From the NCBI GenBank assembly GCA_049322255.1, contig JBMORE010000181.1:1-54413 (forward strand): a stretch of 54,413 bases of DNA. Reading direction: 5' to 3'. Shown here piece by piece: positions 17,856 through 27,611 of this stretch. Position numbers and translations under genes: made by a program. Source of the DNA: Myxococcota bacterium. Lineage in GTDB: Bacteria > Myxococcota > Myxococcia > Myxococcales > Myxococcaceae. The notes beneath the pieces are model-generated. The model had not been told where the DNA came from, searched no databases, and was given only the letters and a program-made list of their open reading frames with translations. The first letter of the stretch is position 1; every line of letters begins with the position of its first letter.

Positions 17856-20800
17856 TCATCGCCTTCGCCTCGCCCGTAGGTACCCTGCTACCCACACCCC
17901 CCCGAGCCACCACGCCGTGCCCGCCCCGCCACCACAGCCACACCCCACGCGCAGATGGAGCGGCCCGCTCCTGGCCGCTCCCGCGCCGTTCGCCACGCCG
18001 CCATCGGCCAAGACACCTGCATCGGAGGCAGCGCCCGCATCCAGCGTGGGTCCCCCTCCGTCCGCGCTGCTGCCGGCATCGAACGTTCCGATACGGAAGT
18101 CCGCCTCTCCCTCGCTGTTTCCTCCGAAGGAAACCCAGCGTCCCCGGCCCGAGCCCACCGGGTACACGACTCGGGCCCGCCAGCGGTAGGCGCCGTCCGC
18201 CAACGCCGTCAGGGCGACGGTGGCCGAGCCACCCACCGGAATGCGCGAAGAGCGAACGGTGCCAAGCCCGTCGAAGGCCACTCCGAGGCGCTTGGTCTCC
18301 ACTTCCAGCTGAAGTCCTCCTCCCACGCCGTTCTCCTGGGTGACGCGCCCCGCGAGCACCACCGAGGAGCTGGGAGCCGTGGTGCCAAGCCCCAGCCGCG
18401 TCACACCATCGGCTTGGAATTGCTTCAGCCCACGCGAAAGGCCAGGCGCGCGATCTCCCCCCAGATAGAGGTACGCGCGGCCTTCGTCGGCCTCACCGTT
18501 GTCGAACATGAAGGCACCCGCGAGGACGTCACCAAACCCATCGCCGTTGACGTCTCCTGCAGAGGTCACTGAGTACCCCAACCGAGCATCAGCCTGGTCT
18601 GACTCGTCCGACCCCCAGCCAATGGCCCCACCGAGACCCGTCACCGACCCTAGAAACACCAGCACCTGGCCCTCGAACGTCACGTTGCCGGTGAACTGCG
18701 CGACGCCCACGACGACGTCGGCGAAGCCGTCGCCGTTGACGTCGCCGGCGGAGGCTACCGACTCCCCCATTCGGGCGCTGGGCTGCATGGACAGCACGCT
18801 CCAGTCGGGGGAGGCGCTCAACCCGGAAGCTGAACCCAAGAAGACGAATGCGGCGCCCGAATCCGTCCCGCTCGAGGAATAGAGGTGGGCACCGACGATG
18901 ACGTCCGCAAACCCATCGCCATTGACGTCGCCGGCCGAAGCCACCGACCAGCCGAGCTCGGCACCAGGACGGTCAGGCTCGTAGCTCCACGCTGGCGCGG
19001 TGCCCAAGCCCGCTGGCGAGCCGAGGTAGAGGAGGGCGCGCCCTTCCGCTGACTCGCCGTTGTCCCAAAAGGGCGCCCCGACGATGACGTCACAGAACCC
19101 ATCGCCGTTGATGTCACCCGCCGAGGCGACGGAGACTCCAAAGCGGGCCACGGCTTGATTCACTTCGGCGGTCCACGCAGGGTTGGCGCCCAGCCCGGCG
19201 GGCGAGCCGAGGTAGACGAACGCGCGGCCCTCGTCTGGCTCGCCATTGTCGTACTCCCGGGCGCCGATGATGACGTCCCCCAAGCCGTCGCCGTTGACGT
19301 CGCCCGCCGCGGCCACCGAATGCCCGAACTGCGCGTTCGCCTGGTTGCCTTCAGCCATCCAGGCGAAGGTTGAGCCCAAGCCAGTCGCCGAGCCCAAGTA
19401 GACGAACGCTGCGCCTTCGCCGGCCTCGCCATTGTCGAACTGGCTGGCACCGATGATGACGTCGGCATGACCGTCGCCGTTGACGTCTCCCGCAGACGCC
19501 ACCGCACCGCCGAAGCGCGCGTTGCCTTGGTCGGCCTCGCCGATCCACGACGAAGTGGGCGCCAAGCCACCGGCGGCACCCCGGTAGACGAACGCCCGAC
19601 CTTCGTCGAGCTGGCCGTTGGCCGCTTCGGGAGCCCCAACCACGACGTCGGCGAAGCCGTCGCCATCGACATCGCCTGCTCCGCCCACCGAGAAACCAAA
19701 GTGGGCGGTGGATTGATTCGACTCCGCCGTCCAAATGGCGGAGCCGGTGAGGCCCCGGGTAGTCCCCAAGTAGACGAAGGCCCTTCCCTCGTCCACTTGC
19801 CCATTGTCGAATAGATATGCGCCGGCGATGACGTCACCCAGACCGTCGCCGTTGACGTCCCCCGCCGAGGCCACGCTGCTGCCGAGGCGCGCAGCGGCTT
19901 GGTACGACTCGACGCTCCAAGAGATGCTCGAGCTCAGACCGTTCTCCGAGCCCAGGAACAGATAAATCCGCCCTTCACCCATCTGGATGTTGGTGAAATA
20001 GTCAGCGCCCACGACGACATCGGCAAAGCCGTCGCCGTTGACGTCCCCCGCCGAGGCCACCGAGCGCCCAAAGCCGGCGCTCGTATTGTCGCTCTCGAAC
20101 GTCCAAGCAGGAGCCGCGCCCAGCCCGGTCGGCGAGCCGAGGTAGAGGTAAGCCCGCCCCTCGGCGGACTGACCGTTGGTGTAGGAATCTGCCCCGACGA
20201 TGACGTCGGCAAAGCCGTCGCCATTGACGTCGCCCGCAGAGGCCACCGACCAGCCGAAGGCGGCGTTGGCTTGGTTCGACTCCGCCGTCCACGCGGGCGT
20301 CGTGGTCAGGCCGCTGGCCGAGCCGAAGTAGAGGTAGGCGCGACCCTCCCAGGTTTCGGGGTTGCTGTAGTAGCTGGCGCCGACGACGACGTCGCCCAAG
20401 CCGTCACCGTTGACGTCCCCCGCCGAAGCCACCGAGCGCCCGAAGTTTCCATTCACCTGATTCGATTCCGCGGTCCACACAGGGGTGCTCGCCAGACCAC
20501 TCGAGGAGCCAAGGTACAAAAAGGCCCGCCCCTCGTTCGACTCGCCGTTGTCGAAGTTCCGAGCGCCGACGATGACGTCGGCGTAGCCATCGCCATTGAC
20601 ATCGCCCGCCGAGGCCACTGAAACACCCAGCTCCGCGTCAGCTTGATTGGACTCGATTGTCCACGCGGGCGTTGAGCCCAACCCCGAGGCCGAACCCAGG
20701 TACAGCTGCACCTGGCCTTCGGAGGACTCTGTATTGCCGTAGCCATCGGCCCCCACGAGGACGTCCGAGAAGCCGTCGCCGTTGACGTCTCCAGCCGAGG

Positions 20801-21194
20801 CGACCGAGCGCCCCAAGGTCGCGCTGTCTTGGTTCGACTCCACGCTCCACGCCGCGCTGCTGCTCAGCCCGCTCGCCGAGCCCAAGTACAACGAGACCTG
20901 CCCCTCCAGGGCCTGCCCATTGGAGTAGGTGAACGCCCCGACGAGGACATCGGCAAAACCGTCGCCATTGACGTCTCCCGCCGAGGCAACCGAGTTACCA
21001 AAAGATGCCCCGACCCGGTTCGACTCGGCGGTCCAGACGGGGTTCGACAGCAGCGATTGGATTTGGCGGCGGGCCGCAGCCCCATCGTCATCAACTTGGA
21101 GTGGAGCCTCCCGGGTGGCTTCACAGGCCGATCCGCAGAGCAGCCAGAGCCCCCACACGGGAATCGCCATGCCGAACCGACGCACCTGCCCCAT
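17856..21194 (-). CDS. FG-GAP/integrin-alpha-like repeat surface protein with MYXO-CTERM-like tail
   Basis: 14 repeats of SAGDVNGDGxxDVxVGA (~61-aa period), Ig/Fn3-like domain, tail LRVGCGC-hydrophobic-RARRRR. Start could be 21212, 21194 or 21170. Confidence 0.9.
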   Translation of the reverse strand: MGQVRRFGMAIPVWGLWLLCGSACEATREAPLQVDDDGAAARRQIQSLLSNPVWTAESNRVGASFGNSVASAGDVNGDGFADVLVGAFTYSNGQALEGQVSLYLGSASGLSSSAAWSVESNQDSATLGRSVASAGDVNGDGFSDVLVGADGYGNTESSEGQVQLYLGSASGLGSTPAWTIESNQADAELGVSVASAGDVNGDGYADVIVGARNFDNGESNEGRAFLYLGSSSGLASTPVWTAESNQVNGNFGRSVASAGDVNGDGLGDVVVGASYYSNPETWEGRAYLYFGSASGLTTTPAWTAESNQANAAFGWSVASAGDVNGDGFADVIVGADSYTNGQSAEGRAYLYLGSPTGLGAAPAWTFESDNTSAGFGRSVASAGDVNGDGFADVVVGADYFTNIQMGEGRIYLFLGSENGLSSSISWSVESYQAAARLGSSVASAGDVNGDGLGDVIAGAYLFDNGQVDEGRAFVYLGTTRGLTGSAIWTAESNQSTAHFGFSVGGAGDVDGDGFADVVVGAPEAANGQLDEGRAFVYRGAAGGLAPTSSWIGEADQGNARFGGAVASAGDVNGDGHADVIIGASQFDNGEAGEGAAFVYLGSATGLGSTFAWMAEGNQANAQFGHSVAAAGDVNGDGLGDVIIGAREYDNGEPDEGRAFVYLGSPAGLGANPAWTAEVNQAVARFGVSVASAGDINGDGFCDVIVGAPFWDNGESAEGRALLYLGSPAGLGTAPAWSYEPDRPGAELGWSVASAGDVNGDGFADVIVGAHLYSSSGTDSGAAFVFLGSASGLSASPDWSVLSMQPSARMGESVASAGDVNGDGFADVVVGVAQFTGNVTFEGQVLVFLGSVTGLGGAIGWGSDESDQADARLGYSVTSAGDVNGDGFGDVLAGAFMFDNGEADEGRAYLYLGGDRAPGLSRGLKQFQADGVTRLGLGTTAPSSSVVLAGRVTQENGVGGGLQLEVETKRLGVAFDGLGTVRSSRIPVGGSATVALTALADGAYRWRARVVYPVGSGRGRWVSFGGNSEGEADFRIGTFDAGSSADGGGPTLDAGAASDAGVLADGGVANGAGAARSGPLHLRVGCGCGGGAGTAWWLGGVWVAGYLRARRRR

Positions 21195-21242
21195 CTTATG
21201 CCGTTGGCTCACCGGCGCTTGTCGAGCGCGCGAATCGACGTT

Positions 21243-21896
21243 TTAGCCACGGGGCCGCTGGGCGCAGGCGACCAGACCCAGGCCACCGAGGGTCTCCTCC
21301 ACGCGCACCGCCTCGAAGCCGATGTCCTCCAGGGCCTGGGCGAGGCCTTGGAGGGTGAAGCGGCCGTGGAAAAAAGAGGCAGGGCGCCAAAGGCTCATGG
21401 AGACGAGAAAACGCGGGTCGAGGCTGTGGCGTAGCAGCTCGCGCAGGCGGGGAGGGCCCTCGTTGGGCTCCATCAAGACGAGCTTTCCGTCGGGCCGGAG
21501 CACGCGGTGGCACTCGGCCAACGCCGCGCGGCGGTCGGGAATCAAGTACAGAAAGCTGTGCGCGGTGAGGGCGTCGACGCTGGCGGTAGCGATGGGCAGC
21601 CGGGTGGCATCGGCGCGGATCCAACTGATGCGTCCGGGAGGGAGCCCGCTGCTGGAGGCTCGCGCCTTCGCCTCGACGAGCATGCGCCTGGCCAAGTCCA
21701 CCCCCATCACGGTGGCGGAGGGCCGCGCGCGGGCGAGCTCGAAGGTGGATACGCCCGGGCCGCAGCCCAAGTCGACCAGGGTGAGCCCCTCGCCGCGGGG
21801 AACGTGGGCGAGCAGCTTGGCGTAGTTTCTCCGCCAGGCGTGCTGCGAGGTGAGCCAGCCATAGACGCCGGCCCCCGCCTCGAACAACCACTCCAT
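21243..21896 (-). CDS. Class I SAM-dependent methyltransferase
   Basis: VDLGCGPG, GVDLA, ADATRLP, RVLRPDG. Confidence 0.9.
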   Translation of the reverse strand: MEWLFEAGAGVYGWLTSQHAWRRNYAKLLAHVPRGEGLTLVDLGCGPGVSTFELARARPSATVMGVDLARRMLVEAKARASSSGLPPGRISWIRADATRLPIATASVDALTAHSFLYLIPDRRAALAECHRVLRPDGKLVLMEPNEGPPRLRELLRHSLDPRFLVSMSLWRPASFFHGRFTLQGLAQALEDIGFEAVRVEETLGGLGLVACAQRPRG

Positions 21897-21904
21897 CGGC
21901 CTTC

Positions 21905-22291
21905 TCACCGGGGGGAGCCTCGTAAGGAGCGAACTGCCCCGACGCCCTGTGCGATGTAGAGGAGCAAGAACAGCCGGAGAATCACCGGCCACAGCGGGCC
22001 ACCCGCGGACACCGCGCGCAAGGCGAAGGCCAGCGCCTCGAGCGAGGTCAACCCGAGCGCCAGCGCGAGCGCGAACAAAGAGCGTCGCTCGGCAAGAAAA
22101 CCCAAAAGCCCGAGCAAGGCCGCGAGCACGAGCGTGCCCCACCCGAGGTGAAGGCGCTGCTCGAGGTACGCAGAGCGGGTGGCGAGGGCCGCCAAGGCCA
22201 GGACTCCGTCGAGCGCCGCCACTGCGTAGATGGCGTAGGCGGCGTGACGGAGCTGACGCTCGGAGTGGAGGGCAGGAGCGGAGTTGTCCAT
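21905..22291 (-). CDS. Hypothetical membrane protein (about 4 TM)
   Basis: Four hydrophobic segments; co-directional with and 8 bp from the methyltransferase gene. Confidence 0.65.
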   Translation of the reverse strand: MDNSAPALHSERQLRHAAYAIYAVAALDGVLALAALATRSAYLEQRLHLGWGTLVLAALLGLLGFLAERRSLFALALALGLTSLEALAFALRAVSAGGPLWPVILRLFLLLYIAQGVGAVRSLRGSPR

Positions 22292-22376
22292 CGCGAAGTC
22301 CGGTGCGGTTTACCCCAAGCCGGCACAAGAAGGTACGTGCGCGCCGCCGCGAACGGAGCGCTACAATCGCAAACCC

Positions 22377-23732
22377 GTGCGACCGCTTGGGCTCCTCATC
22401 GCGCTGCTCGCTTCCTGTGCAGAAGAGCGGGCGGAGCCACCGGCAAAACGGCAAGCCATCATCGGCGGGCAAGAGGACCTCGCCGACGTCGAGGTGTTCC
22501 TCCTGGGGATGAGCTTCGACACCGGGGCGAACACCATTTGCTCGGCGACGCTCATTGGCAACCGCTCGCTCCTCACCGCAGCGCACTGCGTGGACCCGGC
22601 GCGCCAGAGCGCCTCGACGGTGACGGTGCGCGCCACCAACAAGGCCTCGGCCGCGCAAGCGACGTCGAGCGATTTCATCGACGTCTCCGAGGTGCGCATG
22701 CACCCGAGCTGGAGCCCCTCGGCCCAGACCAGCCCCAACGACATCGCGCTGCTCTTGCTCGCCGCCCCGCCCACCGGGGTGAGCCCCAAGCCGTGGAACA
22801 GCGCCGCGTTGTCCGGCTTCGCCGGCCGGCCGATGCGGGTGGTTGGCTACGGACGCACCGACGCGGCGACCTCCAACGGTGGAACGCGGAGGGCGGTCAC
22901 CCTCAACGCCGCCGCCGTCGACTCCTCGTACATCGACTTCGGCGCCTCGGGCGTGGAGGGCATCTGCGCGGGCGACTCGGGCGGGCCCAGCCTGCACCTG
23001 TTCTCCGACGGAGTGGAGCGCCTGGTGGGTGTGCACTCATACCAGTCTTCGCCGCAGTGCGGAGACGGCTCCGACGTCCGTGTCGACCCTCACGCAGCCT
23101 TCATTCAGCAGTGGCTCGACGAGAAGGAGCCCGCGCAATGCGCTCGAGACGGCTCCTGTCAGGCCGCGTGTACGCCGGCGGACCCCGACTGCGTCGCCGA
23201 AGGGCAGCCCTGCGCCAGCGATGCACAGTGCGAGACGCGAAGGTGTGTCAGCGACTCTCAGAGCACCACCCGTTTCTGCTCACGCGCCTGCGCCCAGAGC
23301 TCGGAGTGTCCTTCGCCGATGACCTGCACCGGGGGTGTCTGTCTGCACGCGCAGGGTCCTTTGCCCGAGCTGGGGGAAGCATGTCAGGTGGGCCAGGCGT
23401 GCGCGGCGGGCTCGGTGTGCTCGGGCCCTGTGGGGTTGGGCACGACCTGCCGGCTGACGTGCGAGACCGATGGTGGCTGCGCTGCCGGCGCCGAGTGTGT
23501 GGACGGGGAGGGCGGCCAGCGCTACTGCCGTGCGATGGGCGCTGACGGGGGACAGAGCGAGCTCGACCAAGTGAACGGCTGCACCTGCACCTCAGTTCGA
23601 GGCGCGGAGCTGGTGGCGCTGCTCTTCGTGCTCATTGGCGCCACTCCATGCCAAAGGCGACGGAAGGACCTCCCACGCTCTCACTCTGCGGGCCGTCGAA
23701 GATGGCTGCGTACCCCAAGCTGGCGGAGATAA
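22377..23732 (+). CDS. S1 (trypsin-like) serine protease lipoprotein with Cys-rich repeats
   Basis: Lipobox LLASC, QAIIGG, LTAAHC / NDIALL / GDSGGP triad, Cys repeats, NGCTC-hydrophobic sorting-like tail. Confidence 0.9.
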   Translation: MRPLGLLIALLASCAEERAEPPAKRQAIIGGQEDLADVEVFLLGMSFDTGANTICSATLIGNRSLLTAAHCVDPARQSASTVTVRATNKASAAQATSSDFIDVSEVRMHPSWSPSAQTSPNDIALLLLAAPPTGVSPKPWNSAALSGFAGRPMRVVGYGRTDAATSNGGTRRAVTLNAAAVDSSYIDFGASGVEGICAGDSGGPSLHLFSDGVERLVGVHSYQSSPQCGDGSDVRVDPHAAFIQQWLDEKEPAQCARDGSCQAACTPADPDCVAEGQPCASDAQCETRRCVSDSQSTTRFCSRACAQSSECPSPMTCTGGVCLHAQGPLPELGEACQVGQACAAGSVCSGPVGLGTTCRLTCETDGGCAAGAECVDGEGGQRYCRAMGADGGQSELDQVNGCTCTSVRGAELVALLFVLIGATPCQRRRKDLPRSHSAGRRRWLRTPSWRR

Positions 23733-25071
23733 TCACCGTGCCGGTGGCGCCCACGCCCCCCACGTAGGTGCGCACGCCGAACTCTCCGAATGCCCAGCCG
23801 TTCTCGCCGCCGCCCCCTCCGCCGAAAAGTCCGAGGCGGTTGGTGAGAGGAACGTTGAGCTCTCCCCTGCCGACGCCGAAGACGAACTCCTGGGGCCGGG
23901 AGAAGATGGAAGAGTGCCAGGTGGCGTTCAGCCCGTCGATGGAGCCCAGCCGCAACAACTGGTTGATGGTGAGCCCGGTGTTGCTCTCGCAGTTGGAAGA
24001 AGAGACACACGGCCCGGGGGCGCCGACGAGCGAGCCCGCGCCCAGGCCAATCTCGAAGTAGTCGGTGGTGTAAGCGGCCACCGCCGACACCGAGGAAGGG
24101 TAGTGGCGGTCGCGGGCATTGAAGGTGAGGCCCAAGGGCGACACCGAGAGCTCCACCTTGGCCGGTACGTGGGTGAAGTAGTAGCTGCCGAAGGCGTCGA
24201 GCAGAAACCCCACCGGCTTGGCCGCGGTGGACAGGCCGAGGAAGGGTCGGGCGTGGAAGCCGGCGCGAAGCTGAAACGGCGGCCGGCGCGAGACGAACAG
24301 CCGTTCGGTGACCGGCTCCTCGGTGGGGAGGGCGAGGTCTTGCACCTCCACCACGTCGCCGCGGCTCAAGGGAGCCATGGAGCGAGTCTCTTCTGCCTGC
24401 TCGATGCGCAGAACGGCCACCACCTCGTTGCTCGGCACTTGCTTGAGGCCGCCGCTGACCAAGTCCGGCTTCCACACCAGGCGTTGGGAGAGAATGCGAA
24501 CCCGGGCGCCTTCCTCGAGGCCCGCGTTGGTTCCGGCGTCGAAAATCGCCCGGCCTTGCGAAACCTCCACTACGTGAACGACAGCGGCGGGCCGTGCGAG
24601 CTCGGTGGGCGGCGCTGACGCAGGTGCCTCCACGCCGGGGGCGGTTGTCGCAGGCGCCGCCGCTACCCAGGGCGCAACGTCGGTCACCAGCGCTGCCTCT
24701 GGTTTTTGTGGGTTCTTCAGGGTGAAGGCGACCAGCTCATGGCGGGCCTCGATGGCCAAGAGCCGTTCACCCTGCACGAGGAGCTGAATGAACTGACGCC
24801 CTTCGGCGAAGCGGTGCAGCACCTTGGGGCGGGCGGGCTCGGAGAGGTCCACCGCCACCAGGCCGCCGGTCGCCAGCGCGGCGTAGGCCACCGGCCCGAC
24901 TACCAGCGCCTCGCGAACCGGCCCCAAGGCCAGTCGGCCGACGACCTGGCCGGTCTGGTCATCCATCACCGCCATGCCCTCGGCGTCGGGCTTTACCCGC
25001 GTGCCGGCCTCTGCCGTCAAGGACAACGACAACAGACAACACAGCGACAGCACCCAAGACCTCGTTCTCAT
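23632..25071 (-). CDS. Secreted hypothetical protein: LVIVD-like repeats, central beta domain, C-terminal beta-barrel-like region
   Basis: Signal peptide, AYAALATGGLVAVDLSEPARP, alternating beta strands ending FGMEWRQ. Confidence 0.65.
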   Translation of the reverse strand: MRTRSWVLSLCCLLSLSLTAEAGTRVKPDAEGMAVMDDQTGQVVGRLALGPVREALVVGPVAYAALATGGLVAVDLSEPARPKVLHRFAEGRQFIQLLVQGERLLAIEARHELVAFTLKNPQKPEAALVTDVAPWVAAAPATTAPGVEAPASAPPTELARPAAVVHVVEVSQGRAIFDAGTNAGLEEGARVRILSQRLVWKPDLVSGGLKQVPSNEVVAVLRIEQAEETRSMAPLSRGDVVEVQDLALPTEEPVTERLFVSRRPPFQLRAGFHARPFLGLSTAAKPVGFLLDAFGSYYFTHVPAKVELSVSPLGLTFNARDRHYPSSVSAVAAYTTDYFEIGLGAGSLVGAPGPCVSSSNCESNTGLTINQLLRLGSIDGLNATWHSSIFSRPQEFVFGVGRGELNVPLTNRLGLFGGGGGGENGWAFGEFGVRTYVGGVGATGTVIISASLGYAAIFDGPQSESVGGPSVAFGMEWRQ

Positions 25072-26126
25072 AGTCCGCACGCGCGGAACGCCTCTGCGAA
25101 GACGCCCCGTCCTTTCTCATCCATGTGCTCGTAGAGGTAGCGACGCGAGCGGCAAAGTCCTTCGGCGCGAGCATCCTTGGCGGCCAACGCGGCCTCGAGG
25201 TCGAGCCGGCCCTTCGGAACGTACCCCTGGTCGCAGACGAAGTAACGCCCACCCTTTGGGTCCTCGAGGAGCTTGGGCGCACCTTCCGGGCAAGAGACGG
25301 TCACGAAGGGGTCGGCCACGTTCATGTCGCGTGGGCGGTGGTACTCGAGCGGCACCGCGTCGCGGAGCACCGAATAGATTCCATACCACCCGAGGGCGTC
25401 GGTGGGCCGGTGGAGCGGCTCTTGAGGGCTGCGCTTGCGCGCCTCCGGTTTGTGGTACCGGTGGCAGCCGCCGCAGTCGTTGCGCTTGGTGAAGAGGGCG
25501 ACGCGCTTGTCCCGCTGGGCCTCGTCCATCAAGTGCCCCTCGGCGCTCACCGAGGGGGCGTTCTGGAGAAAGGTGACGAACAGGTCGGTCGCCGCGCGCT
25601 CGGCTGAGGCGTCTCCCCGTGGCCACTCGTATCCGAAGAGCGGCGCCTGTGGCAGAGGTCCGTTGGGGAGGTAGACGTGAAAGTGCTCGCGGCCCTGCGC
25701 ATCGAGGCGGGTGCCGCGCACGTCCAGCACCGTCCAGCCCTGTATGCCATCAGGAAGAGAGTAGGCGCGCCACTCGACGCGGTCCGCCGCCGTGCCCGGA
25801 GGGTAACGCAACGTGGGTCCCCACTCCCGTTCCTCGACCTCGATGACTTTCCCCGCGGGGACGCGGAGCCACACGGTGATGCGGTCTTTCTCTGTCCGGG
25901 TGGAGGGAAGACGAATCGGCGGCACCATCTCCATGAAACCCTGGTCGACCCAGTAGGTGACGGGGCGGTCGATGTCCACACGGGTGACGGCGGGTACTGG
26001 CGTCGAAGGTGGAGCGGGCTGAGCGCGCAGCAGGCTCCAGAGCCCAAGGCCGCCCAGGAGCATCACCAAGAAGGCGATGACGCGGAGTTGGTTTTTCACG
26101 GTCGTCGGCCAAGCAGCAAGATTCAT
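25068..26126 (-). CDS. Membrane-anchored/exported protein with a single CxxCH heme-c motif
   Basis: N-terminal TM helix, YPPGT, NDCGGCHRY; overlaps the next gene (ATGA-type). Confidence 0.65.
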   Translation of the reverse strand: MNLAAWPTTVKNQLRVIAFLVMLLGGLGLWSLLRAQPAPPSTPVPAVTRVDIDRPVTYWVDQGFMEMVPPIRLPSTRTEKDRITVWLRVPAGKVIEVEEREWGPTLRYPPGTAADRVEWRAYSLPDGIQGWTVLDVRGTRLDAQGREHFHVYLPNGPLPQAPLFGYEWPRGDASAERAATDLFVTFLQNAPSVSAEGHLMDEAQRDKRVALFTKRNDCGGCHRYHKPEARKRSPQEPLHRPTDALGWYGIYSVLRDAVPLEYHRPRDMNVADPFVTVSCPEGAPKLLEDPKGGRYFVCDQGYVPKGRLDLEAALAAKDARAEGLCRSRRYLYEHMDEKGRGVFAEAFRACGL

Positions 26127-26259
26127 GCACTCTTTTTTGCTTCGCCGCGACGTTCCCCAAAGCCGCAACGGGTGCCGACCGGCCACTATTGAACGCAATT
26201 CATGCGTGAGGGCTTCCCCCACGCCGTCCTCGTTCACATTCAGTGTGGGGGAGGCGAGC

Positions 26260-26742
26260 GTGCGACGACGAGCCCTTTGGGTGGCGGTGTTGTTGGCGGG
26301 GTGCGAGGTGGGGGGCCCGGTGGACAGCTCGACGTTCGATCCGCAGCTGCCTCCTGCCGGTGACTCCTCCCTCAAGGGGTGGCTGCAAAACAACTACTAC
26401 CAAGCGTGGCGCTGTGAACAGACAGCGCACGACCCCGCGCCGCCGTCACCGCACGGGCGCAACCGCGTCTGCCACAACGACCTTCTGGTGGCGAACGAAG
26501 GGAGCGCCGAGCTTCCTGTCGACGTCGCCTCGGTGCAGGAGCTGGTGGGCCCCGACGGCCTGGTGGTGGGGTTCACCGTCTCGCGCAAAGTGCGCCCCGG
26601 TACCCAGGACAGCAGCTGGTACTGGTACGAGCGCGTGCGCTTCCAGGTGTACGTCGACGGCGAGGCGGTTCGGGTCTGCTCGTCTTGTCACAGCACCGCG
26701 ACGGGCGACTTCGTCTTCAGTCGCGCGACGCCGGCCAACTAA
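26260..26742 (+). CDS. Cytochrome P460/c'-beta-like lipoprotein
   Basis: Lipobox LLAGC, GGAGG RBS, LPVDVASVQEL, WYWYE, C-terminal CSSCH...DFVF. Confidence 0.7.
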   Translation: MRRRALWVAVLLAGCEVGGPVDSSTFDPQLPPAGDSSLKGWLQNNYYQAWRCEQTAHDPAPPSPHGRNRVCHNDLLVANEGSAELPVDVASVQELVGPDGLVVGFTVSRKVRPGTQDSSWYWYERVRFQVYVDGEAVRVCSSCHSTATGDFVFSRATPAN

Positions 26743-26808
26743 CGGCTCTCCCTGCCAGAGGAAATCTCTATGATTCATGCGGAGTCTTTCCCGCATGGTC
26801 CGATTCGC

Positions 26809-27558
26809 ATGGCGAACCTGATTCTGGAAGTCGAGCACAAGGGCGAACGTGCGGTGCGCGTGTTCGATGCGTCGCAAGATCGGCGGGTCATCATCGGCCG
26901 GGCTCCGAATTGCGACCTGGTGATCGAGTCGGCTCACCTCTCGCGCAAGCACGCCATGCTCTTGTGCACGGGGGCGGGCTGGCTGTTGCAAGACCTGGGG
27001 TCGACCAACGGCGTCTTGCTCAACGGCAAGCGAGTGGCCAACTCCCGGCCTCTCCAACCCGGCGACGTCATCAGCATGAGCGGGGAAATCCGCTTGCATT
27101 TCGTCGGTGGCGAGGTGCCAGAGCGGTTGGTCAAGCCGGTGAACCTGGTGGTCGACCTGGAACAGGGCGCCGCGCGCTTGGGCGAGCAAGACCTCCCGCT
27201 GTCCGCCGCGGAGCTGATCTGGTTCGCCTTTCTCGCCGTGCACCGCTCGCAGTCGGAAGGCTGGGTCGTGGCCGGGACAGATGGGCACGCCGCGCTGCGG
27301 GCATTCGCGGCCTCGTTGCTCGATCGACCATGGGCAAGGCAGATGAAGACGCGCCCGCTCATCGATCTCGCGCACGGAGAAGAGGTCGATGACGAGGACT
27401 TGAAGAATCTGCGCGGGAAAACCGCTCAGAAGCTCAAGGCCTTCTGCACGGGCAGCCGCGCATGGATGGCCGGCTTGCTGGTGCCCGAGGTGTCGGGACG
27501 GAACCTTCAACGGCTCCCGCTGCCGCCTTCCGCCTACCGCCTCATCGGGCTTCCCTGA
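26809..27558 (+). CDS. FHA domain + putative winged-helix C-terminal domain
   Basis: IIGR..CDL..LSRKHA..DLGSTNG (intact pThr-binding residues). C-domain LVVDLEQGAARLGEQDLPLSAAELIWFAFL. Confidence 0.8.
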   Translation: MANLILEVEHKGERAVRVFDASQDRRVIIGRAPNCDLVIESAHLSRKHAMLLCTGAGWLLQDLGSTNGVLLNGKRVANSRPLQPGDVISMSGEIRLHFVGGEVPERLVKPVNLVVDLEQGAARLGEQDLPLSAAELIWFAFLAVHRSQSEGWVVAGTDGHAALRAFAASLLDRPWARQMKTRPLIDLAHGEEVDDEDLKNLRGKTAQKLKAFCTGSRAWMAGLLVPEVSGRNLQRLPLPPSAYRLIGLP

Positions 27559-27611
27559 CGGCAACGTTGCCAGGGCCCACTCGTCGCGCGCACTTCGGCA
27601 CACTGGCGCGC

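Noticed and set aside
18450..21050. Regularly spaced DNA repeats as a CRISPR array
   Set aside because: They are coding FG-GAP repeats (~183-bp period) with synonymous variation; no cas genes.
26166..26177. 12-mer CAACGGGTGCCG shared with 54277-54288
   Set aside because: Short GC-rich match compatible with chance; no further shared context.
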